From an uncultured Clostridiaceae bacterium (GTDB lineage: Bacteria; Bacillota; Clostridia; JAAYHZ01): a stretch of DNA of 53,336 nucleotides. The notes under the pieces were generated by a model that was given only the letters and a program-made list of their open reading frames with translations, made no database searches and was not told the origin of the DNA. Within the stretch, counting starts at the first letter, position 1; the number at the start of each line of letters is the position of its first letter. The DNA is taken from the NCBI GenBank assembly GCA_964547525.1, contig CAZJOD010000001.1:23792-77127 (forward strand), in the 5' to 3' direction. The position numbers and the translations under genes were made by a program. Below are positions 1 through 10,900 of this stretch, piece after piece.

Positions 1-1143
1 CCCGTATACTCCTTCAACAAAGCCGTAATCTCCTCCGAAACCAAAAATTTTATTCATCGGTACTGTGTCGACAAGTTCTTCTATAAACCTAACGGTGTAT
101 TCTCTTGATATAATGTGAGACCAGCAAAGATCTACGTAAACATTCCTGAAATTTTTGGCAATTGCACACAATTCACCTGCATAAGGATATCCCGCATGGA
201 ATATATCAAACCTGGCGTTAGGATAATCGATAAATATATTTGTAAGATTAACAGGATTTGAATTTGTTATATAATTCCCGTTGCCTTCTTGAAGCCCGGT
301 ATGAATTTGAACAGGCAGTTGCTGTTCCGCGGCAGCCTGTATTACCGTATGCATTAAGTAATCTTCCAAAGGTTTCGTACCAATATCCACAGGACTGAAT
401 AAATACCATTCATGGAAGTCTTTAGCCGTTAATATTTTATTAAAAATACGGTCCGCATCGCTAAATGCGGTTCTTTCATATTTTAATGTCCTTTGATAAG
501 CCAGTCCGGTTTTTAAACACACAACATTGGAATTGGTCTTAAATTCCTGCACTTTCGATCTTATAAGATCAGTCCAATCGGACAGATTATTAATAGATAT
601 GTTGTTTTGCCGTTCAGCTCTTAGTATCGCATCTCTTGAGTTAAACCTTATGTAATTATCCAACCTGAAAGCCGATCTGAAAAATTCACGATCACAATTA
701 ACATCGCTGTCCAAAATACTGACTTCAATGTTACATAATTGTTTTAAAACATGATGATATAAGCCTTTTTTATTTTGTTTCTTAATTTCTTTATCAATTT
801 CTTTATATGTTTCGTCATTTATATCATCAATACCGTAAATACCTTTTGTACCAATGATCAAAGCCTTGCAATAAGTGGTATTCTTAGCTTTTTCCCAATA
901 TGGTTTGAAAACCTCCCACTTTTTTTCAATATCCGTTGAGTTTCCGGTTAAATATTTTAATTCGTCATTATTCATCCCCGCGGATATTAAATCACAAGAA
1001 GCATATTGAACCAAATATGTGTTAAACATATCCACATAACGGTGCAAACGTGAATTTTCACTTTCAAGGTGCTCATGAGTATCTATTACCTTCATATTCC
1101 CTATATAATCTAATAACTCTTGGTAAAAAATTTTCACATTCAT
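1..1143 (-). CDS. Amidohydrolase-superfamily protein (uronate-isomerase-like), 3' end runs off the window
   Basis: Read by hand: ATG at 1143 with GGGAGG RBS; MNVKIFYQELLDYIGNMKVIDTHEHL carries the DxHxH metal motif; PVQIHTG and FGFGGDY motifs follow later. Absent from the ORF track because it is truncated. Confidence 0.8.
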   Translation of the reverse strand, partial: MNVKIFYQELLDYIGNMKVIDTHEHLESENSRLHRYVDMFNTYLVQYASCDLISAGMNNDELKYLTGNSTDIEKKWEVFKPYWEKAKNTTYCKALIIGTKGIYGIDDINDETYKEIDKEIKKQNKKGLYHHVLKQLCNIEVSILDSDVNCDREFFRSAFRLDNYIRFNSRDAILRAERQNNISINNLSDWTDLIRSKVQEFKTNSNVVCLKTGLAYQRTLKYERTAFSDADRIFNKILTAKDFHEWYLFSPVDIGTKPLEDYLMHTVIQAAAEQQLPVQIHTGLQEGNGNYITNSNPVNLTNIFIDYPNARFDIFHAGYPYAGELCAIAKNFRNVYVDLCWSHIISREYTVRFIEELVDTVPMNKIFGFGGDYGFVEGVYG

Positions 1144-1153
1144 AATAACCTCC

Positions 1154-1942
1154 CTATATTTTCAATAGCTTCTTTGCATTCTCGCAAGCTATTAAATTAA
1201 ACTTGTCTTCACCTAATTCTAACGATTTAATATTATTTACTTCAACCGTTTGGTCTGTCCAAGGAGAATCGGTTCCGAAAAGTATTTTATCGGTACCATG
1301 ATCTTTTATCATTTTTGTCATAATATTGTTTCCCATGTAATCATATGAATATGACGTATCAAAATAGACATCTTTTCCTACAAGATATCTGAAAACATCC
1401 TCCGTACACATGTACCCTCCCATGTGAGCGGCAATTATAGTTGAACCCGGAAAACTTTCGATGACATTACTTAACCTTTTCGGAGTGCAATGTACCGGTT
1501 CGGGCATACCTATGTCTATACCGGCATGAAAAATTACAATTAAACCGTTTAAAAACAATTCTTCATAAATGGGAAACAACTTAGGTTCATCAACAAAAAA
1601 ATCCTGGTAATCCGGGTGTAACTTTACACCTTTTACACCATTGTACGCTAATTTTTTAATTTCACTTTTCCACGGAATATAATCAGGATGAATGGTGCCG
1701 AAGCTTATTATTTTTTCATCACATATTTCCGTGGCCCAACGATTTATACTTTCGGTCTGCTCCGGTTTAGTCGCTATAGGTTGAATAACACTTTTATCTA
1801 TCCCTGCTTCTTTCATAGACCTTTTTAAATCTTTTATAGTCCCGTCGGTATGTGCTTTTATTCCCCCTTTGTTTGTTAATATGGAGACGGCTCTGTTTGC
1901 CAAATTATCCGGAAAACAATGTGCATGTATATCGATAATCAT
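1154..1942 (-). CDS. Amidohydrolase family 2 metal-dependent hydrolase
   Basis: IIDIHAH, GVKLHP, AAHMGG, FGTDSPW motifs. ATG 1942 preferred over GTG 1954 because of GAAAGGTG RBS spacing. Confidence 0.85.
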   Translation of the reverse strand: MIIDIHAHCFPDNLANRAVSILTNKGGIKAHTDGTIKDLKRSMKEAGIDKSVIQPIATKPEQTESINRWATEICDEKIISFGTIHPDYIPWKSEIKKLAYNGVKGVKLHPDYQDFFVDEPKLFPIYEELFLNGLIVIFHAGIDIGMPEPVHCTPKRLSNVIESFPGSTIIAAHMGGYMCTEDVFRYLVGKDVYFDTSYSYDYMGNNIMTKMIKDHGTDKILFGTDSPWTDQTVEVNNIKSLELGEDKFNLIACENAKKLLKI

Positions 1943-2090
1943 ATATCCGTTCACCTTTCATATCTATCATTTAAATTCCCCATACTTATTGTCTTAGTAA
2001 TAATATCAAAACTATACTCACATTATATAACTTTAGTAAAAAGAGAGCAATTTATTTGATTTTTTTCTTTTTATTTCATTTGCCATATTG

Positions 2091-2099
2091 TGATATAAT
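2091..2099 (+). promoter_or_regulatory. Extended -10 SigA promoter of the TIR gene
   Basis: TGATATAAT (TGnTATAAT) about 35 nt upstream of ATG 2134. Confidence 0.5.
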
Positions 2100-2133
2100 A
2101 TAGAAAATGCAAGTAAAAAGGCGGAGCAAATAC

Positions 2134-3162
2134 ATGAATGACTACAGAATTTTCATTAGCTATTCTCATAAAGATATACATATAGTTGAAAAAATCGTTA
2201 ATATTTTAAAAAATAACGGATTAACACCTATGTGGGATAAAAACTTTGCTTTCGGATACGGTTTTCACGAACAAATCCAATCGTTTATAGCTCATGCTCA
2301 TGTATTTATGCCTGTTATAACATCGGCGTCAAGCCGCAGAGGTTGGGTTCATCAGGAAATAGGATATGCAATGGCTTTAAACATACCGGTTTTACCCGTA
2401 ACATTAGGACAGCTACCGGGTGAAATGATTCAGCAGCTTCAAGCCGTATTTTTAGGAGCCGACCTTGAAAACGCGGAAAATCTTTTAAATAGAGAGGTTT
2501 TTGAAAGTTTGATCGATAATTACAGCAGTGCATCCAAAGCATTATATCAATGCGCCGGTTTGTCGGAAGATCGTGCCATATTAATGGCACAATACGCCAA
2601 CAGCATTATAAAGCTTCGAACTTACGGTCATGTCAGGCAAAAAGGCGGTTTAAGCTCCTTTCATATACCCGATAAAGTTATAAGCGACCCGGTATGGAAA
2701 ATGCGTTATAACGGTCGTACCGTTAGTGAGTATCACTGCAAATGCCAATTTGAAGAAAGACAGGCCCTTGAAAAACATGCGTCTGTAGCCGGATGCAGCC
2801 TTATAATCAATCCTAAAGTTATAACCGATAATTTTGATAAAGTAGCACAAAAAGCACGGTTCAATACATTCATAGATTTTTTAAACAATATGCCTGATGA
2901 AAAAGTTATGGTGGCGATAAATAACGAAATGCAAATGGAAGAGAGCATAACTATGGTAGGAGACTGGTTTGCGGCGGAAGCAGTCTCCCGGTCTATAACG
3001 CAAGGTTACAGACAGACCATTTTTACTCGTCATGCTCCCGGAATGAATAAAAGAGTAGAGATGTTTGACAGGGAACTCGAAGAGCTTATACGCAAATCCG
3101 GTTGGACCCCCGAAACATCAAAACACAGAGCAATTGAAACATTATCCGATATAATGTCCTAA
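2134..3162 (+). CDS. TIR-domain protein with uncharacterised C-terminal domain
   Basis: RIFISYSHKD and WVHQEIGYAMA (conserved TIR Glu); ATG 2134 follows GGCGGAG. Confidence 0.85.
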   Translation: MNDYRIFISYSHKDIHIVEKIVNILKNNGLTPMWDKNFAFGYGFHEQIQSFIAHAHVFMPVITSASSRRGWVHQEIGYAMALNIPVLPVTLGQLPGEMIQQLQAVFLGADLENAENLLNREVFESLIDNYSSASKALYQCAGLSEDRAILMAQYANSIIKLRTYGHVRQKGGLSSFHIPDKVISDPVWKMRYNGRTVSEYHCKCQFEERQALEKHASVAGCSLIINPKVITDNFDKVAQKARFNTFIDFLNNMPDEKVMVAINNEMQMEESITMVGDWFAAEAVSRSITQGYRQTIFTRHAPGMNKRVEMFDRELEELIRKSGWTPETSKHRAIETLSDIMS

Positions 3163-3164
3163 GC

Positions 3165-4337
3165 TTATAAACTTTTTATCTTTTCATTTAAACGATAGAT
3201 TTGTCCACGCTTTATGACCATTTCAATGTTTTCGGTACATAATAAATCTATATCCTCGGTCGGATCTTTACTTAAAATAACCAAATCGGCATATTTACCG
3301 GCTTCTACCGTTCCTACCGTTTTTAATATTCCTAAAGAATCCGCAGAATTACGTGTGCCTGCGACAATCGCTTCCATAGGTGATAAACCGCATTTTGTCA
3401 ATTCCTTTAACTCAATTAAAATATCCCCCGGTCCTCCATCGGTACCGGCACCAATCTTAATCCCCATCTTATGTGCTTTTTTAACCCCTTCACGATGAAC
3501 CGGGTGTGCCAATTGCATTCTTTGCTTCATAAATAAAGGAAGGTTAGGTCTTTCCAAGGTTTTATCACTGGTTATAAATAGGGTAGGTATAAAATACAAG
3601 TCCTTTTTAAGTATGCCCTCAAGCGCTTCATCATCTATTAACGCACCATGAGTTATAATGTCACATGCCGATTTTATAGAATTATTAAGACCGGGCTGTG
3701 TATGAGCATGTACCGCTACCTTCTTATCCTTTGTATGGGCTTCACAAACAAGAGCAACCAGTTCTTCATATGTATAATCTTCCCAGCTAATTTCCCGATC
3801 TTCCCACATAAACCCTCCGGATGCAGCCGTTTTGATAAAATCCGCTCCGGCCATTATTGCTTCTCTTACAGCTTTTCGCACCTCCCACGGTCCGTCGGCA
3901 GAACGCCCACGAACATGACCTCCTGTAGCGTTAACCATCATTCCTACGACCAAAGACGCACAACCGGTTATGTCTCCTCGATCAATAGCCTTTTTTAAAT
4001 ATACGTTTTCCGCACTACCCCCAACATTGGCAACAGTAGTGGTTCCGGCTTGTAAACATTTACGTAGCTTTGATATGGCTTTCAAGTTCTGATCAAGGTG
4101 CCCGTATGCGTCCAAATAAGCAGGCATCGAGGTTACATGCATGTGAACATCAATCAATCCGGGTATCATAAACTTACCTGTTGCATCAATCACTAAATAA
4201 TCATCTGTAGTGTTACAATAATTATCAAAATCTATGGAACTTATCTTCTGACCGTCCGTTAAAACATTTACATTTTTTATAGGTTCACCACCTAAACCGT
4301 CAATCAAAGTTACATTAAAAAATTTTACCTTATTCAT
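3165..4337 (-). CDS. Amidohydrolase family protein (Xaa-Pro dipeptidase/HutI-like)
   Basis: PGLIDVHMH, VAVHAH, GAGTDG, GTVEAGKYADLVIL motifs. Confidence 0.85.
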   Translation of the reverse strand: MNKVKFFNVTLIDGLGGEPIKNVNVLTDGQKISSIDFDNYCNTTDDYLVIDATGKFMIPGLIDVHMHVTSMPAYLDAYGHLDQNLKAISKLRKCLQAGTTTVANVGGSAENVYLKKAIDRGDITGCASLVVGMMVNATGGHVRGRSADGPWEVRKAVREAIMAGADFIKTAASGGFMWEDREISWEDYTYEELVALVCEAHTKDKKVAVHAHTQPGLNNSIKSACDIITHGALIDDEALEGILKKDLYFIPTLFITSDKTLERPNLPLFMKQRMQLAHPVHREGVKKAHKMGIKIGAGTDGGPGDILIELKELTKCGLSPMEAIVAGTRNSADSLGILKTVGTVEAGKYADLVILSKDPTEDIDLLCTENIEMVIKRGQIYRLNEKIKSL

Positions 4338-4431
4338 TTCTCCCTCCGTCTTTTAACCTTTCAATAACCTTTTTAAAAATTATTCTCTTAAAAAAGTAAC
4401 ATTATTAAAACATTAATAAAAAGAAAAAGGC

Positions 4432-5217
4432 TTATACAAGCCTTACTTCCACACCTTTTTGTCTTATATTATTTAATTCGATTTGACTTGCCTTTTCATT
4501 TGTTACTAAAATATCAATACTGTCAACACCACTTATAAGTGCGAAACCGGACCTACCTATTTTTGAATAATCCGCGGTCACAACGGTTTTGTTAACTCTT
4601 GTCATCATCTGCCTGTTTACCTCTACTTCCTGATGATGGTAAGTGGTTATACCTTCCTCGGTATTGACTCCGTCAACCGATAAAATACATTTATCCGCTT
4701 TATACCGCTTTAATTGGTTGACCGCATCGTCTCCGTAAGTAAATTGGTATCTTGTATTAAAGTTTCCTCCCAGTAATATTACATATATATTATTAGAATT
4801 ACCGGCTTCATTGGCTATGGTAATGGAATTTGTAACTACTGTAAGGTTTTTTATATGCTTTAGTTCCTGCATTATGAAAAAACAAGTCGTACCGGAATTG
4901 ATCATAACAGTATCACCTTCGGTTATCATAGAAGCACATACAGCTGCAATATCTCTTTTCTCTTTTTCATTTGTCTTCATCCTGTCAATCAAAGACATAC
5001 TGCTGTATGATTTATTTGTTCCGATTGCTCCGCCGTGAACTCTCTCTAACAGACCTTTGACCTCCAATTCGGTTAAATCATTCCGAACCGTTACGTCAGA
5101 TATACCGAATAGCTTGCTTAATTCGGTAACTTTTACTTTGCCTTCTGTATCGATAAGTTTAAGAATCATCTTTCTTCTATTGTCAATATCCAATTCTTCA
5201 TTGTTTCGGTCAAGCAT
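4432..5217 (-). CDS. DeoR/GlpR family transcriptional regulator
   Basis: HTH SDVTVRNDLTELE..RVHGGA; SGTT and VVTNS motifs. Start moved to ATG 5217 to remove the overlap with the upstream gene. Confidence 0.9.
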   Translation of the reverse strand: MLDRNNEELDIDNRRKMILKLIDTEGKVKVTELSKLFGISDVTVRNDLTELEVKGLLERVHGGAIGTNKSYSSMSLIDRMKTNEKEKRDIAAVCASMITEGDTVMINSGTTCFFIMQELKHIKNLTVVTNSITIANEAGNSNNIYVILLGGNFNTRYQFTYGDDAVNQLKRYKADKCILSVDGVNTEEGITTYHHQEVEVNRQMMTRVNKTVVTADYSKIGRSGFALISGVDSIDILVTNEKASQIELNNIRQKGVEVRLV

Positions 5218-5236
5218 AATAAATACCTCGCCTACA

Positions 5237-6370
5237 TTAATCCAGGATGACCCAAGCATTGTTAGAGTCGGATTCATATGCTTTTTCCATGACATATTGT
5301 ATATATGCACCTTCTTTAAACGAAGGGCTCGCTTGTTTATTTTCATAAACACACGTTAGGAAATTATACAGACTGTGAACATGAGATCTGATCCATCCTA
5401 CTGAAAATTTCGGGCCGGGAAATCCGTCGGCAGGTTTGTTATATCTTTGTACACATTCTATTTTGGTAAAACCTTTAGTACCTCCTAATGGCACATCCGG
5501 CCGGGTATTATCATAGTATTCCAGCCAATTGGGTTCCATTAAATTAAATCTTAAGGCTCCTTTATCGCCGTGAATCTCAAATCTTAATTCGTCATTTGTA
5601 CCTGTTGCGACTTTTGAAGCCTCAATGGTACCTGTTCCTCCGTTTCTCATTCTCAAAATCATAAACGCCAAATCGTCCGCTTCTATATTCACCATGTTTC
5701 CAACTTTATCAGGTCTTTTCGAATATATAACTTCAGTCTTTGCAAATACACAAGAGTATTCACCCAACAAATAATAAATCAAATCCAGTATATGAGAACC
5801 CAAATCAAATAAAACACCGCCGCCACCAAATTTTTTATCCTGTTTCCATCCGATAGGCTTTTTCGGATCTACCGAACCCGAATGTAAATAACACGCTCTA
5901 AAAGACATTATTTTCCCAATAGAACCTTCTTCTATCAATTCTTTTGCTCTTAAAGTCGCCGGAAAAAACCTGTATTGCAGCGCCATTTGAGTAATAACAT
6001 TGTGTTGTGCCAATACTTTCGTAATTTCTTTTGTTTCCTCATAACTCGTGGCCAAAGGTTTGTCACAATAAACATGCTTTCCGGATTTTATTGCTTTAAG
6101 TACTGACTCTTTATGATAAATATTGGGAGTACAAACATCCACTATATCGATATCTTTTTTATTAAATATGTCATCCGGGTTATTTGTTGAAAATTCAAAA
6201 TCCAAACTTTCCGCAGCTTTTTGTGCAACTTCGGGTACTGCGTCGCATACACCCGACAGTTTGATTTTATAGGGTAAATTCCCGTAATAAAGCGGAATGG
6301 TCTTATACCCGTAAGTATGGGTCTTACCCATAAATCCGAATCCTATAATACCTACTTTTAATTCTTTCAT
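5237..6370 (-). CDS. Gfo/Idh/MocA family oxidoreductase
   Basis: GIIGFGFMG Rossmann motif, HVYCDKP, GGVLFDLGSH. Confidence 0.9.
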   Translation of the reverse strand: MKELKVGIIGFGFMGKTHTYGYKTIPLYYGNLPYKIKLSGVCDAVPEVAQKAAESLDFEFSTNNPDDIFNKKDIDIVDVCTPNIYHKESVLKAIKSGKHVYCDKPLATSYEETKEITKVLAQHNVITQMALQYRFFPATLRAKELIEEGSIGKIMSFRACYLHSGSVDPKKPIGWKQDKKFGGGGVLFDLGSHILDLIYYLLGEYSCVFAKTEVIYSKRPDKVGNMVNIEADDLAFMILRMRNGGTGTIEASKVATGTNDELRFEIHGDKGALRFNLMEPNWLEYYDNTRPDVPLGGTKGFTKIECVQRYNKPADGFPGPKFSVGWIRSHVHSLYNFLTCVYENKQASPSFKEGAYIQYVMEKAYESDSNNAWVILD

Positions 6371-6416
6371 GTTTTCCTCTCTTTCGAATATTAACGATTT
6401 TTCCTGTTACCCGGTA

Positions 6417-7775
6417 TCAATAACCGAATTGTTTTTCCACTTCATATACCGCTTCTTCAATTATATCGAGACCTTTTAATGCAAGATCATCTTCCATAAT
6501 AACAGGAGGTGACAACCTTAATATATGTCCTGCAGGAACCCATGACAATCCTTTGGAAAAAGCCTTTTGATAAACAAGCTTACCGGCTTCATCAAATTGC
6601 TCCTTCGTATCTTTGTCCTTGACAAGCTCCATTGCAAGAAGACATCCTTTTCCTCTTACGTCACCGATTATTTTATGATCTTCCTTCATTTTTTTCATTC
6701 TATTTAGAAATACTTCCCCCAAATGTGCGGATTTTTCACATAAACTCTCTTCTTGTATTACTTCGATGGAAGCTAACGCTGCGGCACATGCCATAGGATT
6801 GCCTCCGTAACTTGACGATGCCGAAATTTTTTCAATGGCATCTTTATACTTGTCACTTACGCACATTGCAGTTACAGGAAATCCGTTTCCGAATCCTTTA
6901 CCGATTGTAGTAATATCAGGTATGGTATTCCAATGCTCCATGGCAAACATTTTCCCCGTTCTGGCCATACAAGTTAAAACCTCATCAGCCAGTAACAGCG
7001 CTCCGTATTTATCGGCAATTTTTCTTAATTTAGGCATAAAATCATCCGGTGGAACCACCGAACCTCCCCAACCTTGGATCGGTTCCAATACAATTGCGGC
7101 CAACTGATTTGTCGTTTCATTTTTTATGATATTGTCTACATGGTCGGCACAAAAACAATTACATTCGGGATGTTTCATTTTAAAGGGACATCTGTAACAG
7201 TTGGGTCTCGGAGCCAAGAAAAAGCCCGGTGCTCTCATACCTTGCGATTTATCAACAATGGCACAGCTTACGGCTCCCATAGTCTTACCGTGAAAATCCC
7301 TCCAAAACGACAAGAACTCAAATTTGCCGGTGGCGGCTCTGGCGCAACGAAGTCCTGCTTCAACCGCCGTTGTTCCGGAATCATATAGTTGTACACCGTT
7401 TAAATCCCCCGGAGTAATCTCAACAAGCTTTTCAAGCAAATTCATTTTTATCTCGGTAGTGAAGTCATGACAATTCATTAACTGATGTGCGTATCCGGCA
7501 ATAGCTTCACTAATTTTCGGATGACAATGACCAAGTCCTGTGACATAAATACCGGATGAGAAATCAATAAAAGTGTTCCCGTCTACATCCGTAAGCGTAC
7601 AACCCTTACCCGATTCGAATACCACAGGAAACAATGAAACCTGACTTGAATACCCCTTCATATATTTGGACGCTCTTTGATGCAGTTCCCGTGATTTCGG
7701 GCCGGGTAATTCGGTACGTATTACCGGTAGAGTACTCGCATCCACTTTAGCCCAGTTTTTATCATACATTCGCAT
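6417..7775 (-). CDS. Class III PLP aminotransferase (GabT-like)
   Basis: DVDGNTFIDF, FHGKT, EPIQGWGG, DEVLT, TIGKGFGNG (PLP Lys), YGGNP. Confidence 0.9.
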   Translation of the reverse strand: MRMYDKNWAKVDASTLPVIRTELPGPKSRELHQRASKYMKGYSSQVSLFPVVFESGKGCTLTDVDGNTFIDFSSGIYVTGLGHCHPKISEAIAGYAHQLMNCHDFTTEIKMNLLEKLVEITPGDLNGVQLYDSGTTAVEAGLRCARAATGKFEFLSFWRDFHGKTMGAVSCAIVDKSQGMRAPGFFLAPRPNCYRCPFKMKHPECNCFCADHVDNIIKNETTNQLAAIVLEPIQGWGGSVVPPDDFMPKLRKIADKYGALLLADEVLTCMARTGKMFAMEHWNTIPDITTIGKGFGNGFPVTAMCVSDKYKDAIEKISASSSYGGNPMACAAALASIEVIQEESLCEKSAHLGEVFLNRMKKMKEDHKIIGDVRGKGCLLAMELVKDKDTKEQFDEAGKLVYQKAFSKGLSWVPAGHILRLSPPVIMEDDLALKGLDIIEEAVYEVEKQFGY

Positions 7776-7829
7776 GCTCCTCCTAGATATATATTTATTT
7801 ATATTCTTTTACGGTTTTATTATGATTAT

Positions 7830-7858
7830 ATTCTATATATCTTTCGTTTTAGTGTCAA
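7830..7858 (-). promoter_or_regulatory. SigA promoter of the aminotransferase operon
   Basis: Minus strand TTGACA (7858-7853), 17-nt spacer, TAGAAT (7835-7830). Confidence 0.7.
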
Positions 7859-7956
7859 TATTCTTTTATTACATATACAATTTATTCTATATACCCATAC
7901 TATTCATAATAATTGACTGATCTTTCATATTAAACCGGCGGGCATACCATAAAGTT

Positions 7957-10900
7957 TTAATAACTTATCGCTTCTTTTAAGTATTTAAGACCTGATACCG
8001 GATCATCCTTCATACACAAGTATCCAAGGCTTAAAAGACACTCTTTTAAGTCATGTTCATAAACTTTAGAATAGGGATACTGTTCTAATAAATTGTAATA
8101 TATTTTAACAGCCTTTTCATAATTCTTTTTAGCTTCCAAATCGTTTATATTTTCTAACAATTTGCCTAATTTAAATGAATTTAATGCCACATCTCTTATA
8201 TATTCGGAAATTTGCGGGTACCGTTCCGAAAGCACCGTCATATTAACTTGTGCCTTTTCAAAACATTCTTTTGCCATATAAAAATTTTCTTGAATATGAT
8301 AGCATTCTCCAAGTAGTGTTAAAACGGTATTCTCATCTCTTATATATTCCGGATTTTCCGTATAAATTTCCGATAATTCCATAACTATTATCAATGCTTC
8401 ATTGTAATTATACATAGCCAATTGTGTATCTTTTCTACGTTTACACATATCACCATACTTCATTAAACATACGGCAACCTCTCTTTTATATCTTGGTATA
8501 TCAGGGGACTTATCGGCTAAATTTTTTCGTATTTTTAATGACTTGTTACGATACACCTTTTCTTCTTCGATTTGGTGTTTGCATTGTTTACAGTCGGCCA
8601 TCCTATCAAAACTAACACTTAAATCTCTTTTATATTCAGCATTATCGGGATGCCTGTCGGCCATGGACTCACGAATATCCATAGCTTTTTTAAAAAACGT
8701 TTCGGCCGTTTCAACATCATTATTTTCAAAATGACACTCACCCAAGTTATCAAAACTTATACCCGTATCTCTTTTATATTCGAAATTATCAGGATATAAA
8801 TCGGCAAGTAACTTTACCGTTTCCAATGAATCTTCATACAAAGCTAAAGCGGAATTTATATCTTGTTGTAAAAAACACCAATCACCCATTCTATGTAAAC
8901 TTACATTTAGAATATTTTTAAAATATATATTTTCCGAATATGCCACGGCTAATTCTCGAGCTATATTCAACGCTTCTTCAAACAACTCGCCCGTTGTGTT
9001 AAAATCATTTTGGCTTTGATACCAAAGACCTATTTTGTCCAAGCAGGTGCTGACATTCATACGATATTCAGGTATATCATAAAAAGTTAACGCTAAATCG
9101 TATATTGTTTCATATGCTTTTTTATAAAAATAACCCGCGGTTTTCTTGTTTTGCACACTATCATACCAATCACCCAACAATAAATTATTTGTGGCCATCT
9201 CTTCTTTTACACATTTATTATTAAAATCCAATGTTCTGAGTTTATCATTTATTGTATGTAAAATGTGACCTATTGATTTTTGACTCACAGAATATTTAAT
9301 CCGTTCCATCAACGGCTTATCTAAAACGTTACATATGATTATATAATGTTCTTCAGATAGTGTCGGTTCGGTTAAAAGCCCGTCCAACCAATTAAGCATA
9401 TGCTCATCGTGCTCCGCTACATCTTTTTCCAACTCGGTTGCTATTACGTCAACGGAATCTGATAATAAAACATTATTCATATGACACTTTACAAGATAAT
9501 CCGCCGCCTCCTTTTTCATATCTGCGTGATACATATGAAACATTACTTGTGATGATGCAAAAGTATCTATGGGTTCTTTGAATGACAAATCGGATACCAA
9601 TTTTTTTAAAAAAACACCGGCCAATTGTTCATGTATACTTTTCTTTCTATCATCTGACATTGTTTTTATTACAGCCAAACGGAAAAAATTATGAGTATAA
9701 TCCCATTGTCCTTCATCTCCTAATTGTACCAGGTGCGCTCTTAGTAATCTTCTTGCATAAGCAAACTCTTCCGTAACCCAAATCGTACCGAAACTTTCAA
9801 AAACTCCTGCAAGGTCAGTTTCACGCAAACCGTATCCGCTTATAGCGATATACTCCATAAGACTACTTAACCAACCGCATTTAAATCTTTCAGAATATTT
9901 ATTTATTAAAAATAAGAATAATTCTTCTATACCGTCAGGCATTAGGGAAAGATCGTTTAATATCATCTGTGTAAGTTTTTCATCTTCACTTACATATTTT
10001 TTATAGTCCTCTTTATAAAGCATTGAGTAATCATCTTTATCTAACAATAACAGTGATTCTATTATCATGGTCAGATATAACGGAACCGCATTATTGTGCA
10101 AACATTTTTGCACAATTTTATCAAGGATCTTATAATCCAATTCTTTATGATACCGCTTTGCAATTCCAACCGCTATGCTTTTTACTTGATCGCTTTGAAG
10201 ACAATCGACTCGATAAAATTTCGCTCCTTTAGATTTGAGAGCTTCTGTCACATTCCCGTCCAAACCTGTTACCAATAAAGCACAATTACTAGGTAATAAC
10301 GGTGGTAACCAGAGTAAGTGCCGCCAAACCTCGTTCATTTCACCTCTTTCAGGTGCATCTAAAAAAATAACAACCTTTTTTATTTTACATATGGCATTCA
10401 ATAAGCCTTTAAAAGCAATAATATTGTCATCTAAAGATAACCGATCATACGTCCTTTTATTATTTAGTAGTATATCATCCGGTTCTTTCTTTAAATGATC
10501 GGTTATACCTAATTCAAAGGCCAAGCTGTTATTCCATCTTTTTAATATATCTATTGTCCGGACACTACCTTGTGCAATTCCACAAGAATGTGCCAGTAAA
10601 AAAAGTTTTTCACCAAAACTAAAAAATTGTTTTGATAATTTATTATACAAATATGCAAATATAGAACTTTTGCCCGAACCGGTCGGTCCTACTACAACAT
10701 TAATGTTATTGTCCGTATCATTATTCAACACTTGCCAGGTTAGTAAATCTAAGAGTTCTTCTCGTCCCTCAAAATTTCTGCTTCGATCATAAATAAAATC
10801 ATCAAGAGTATCCGTGTATAAGTCATCCACGGTCATATCTTTGTATTCAGTCTCTTCTAATTCCGATTTTAGTTCTTTTAGTATATCCTGACGAATCATT

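Noticed and set aside
2134-3162. Thoeris, CBASS or Pycsar assignment for the TIR gene
   Set aside because: No ThsA, cyclase, STING or SAVED partner is recognisable in the window.
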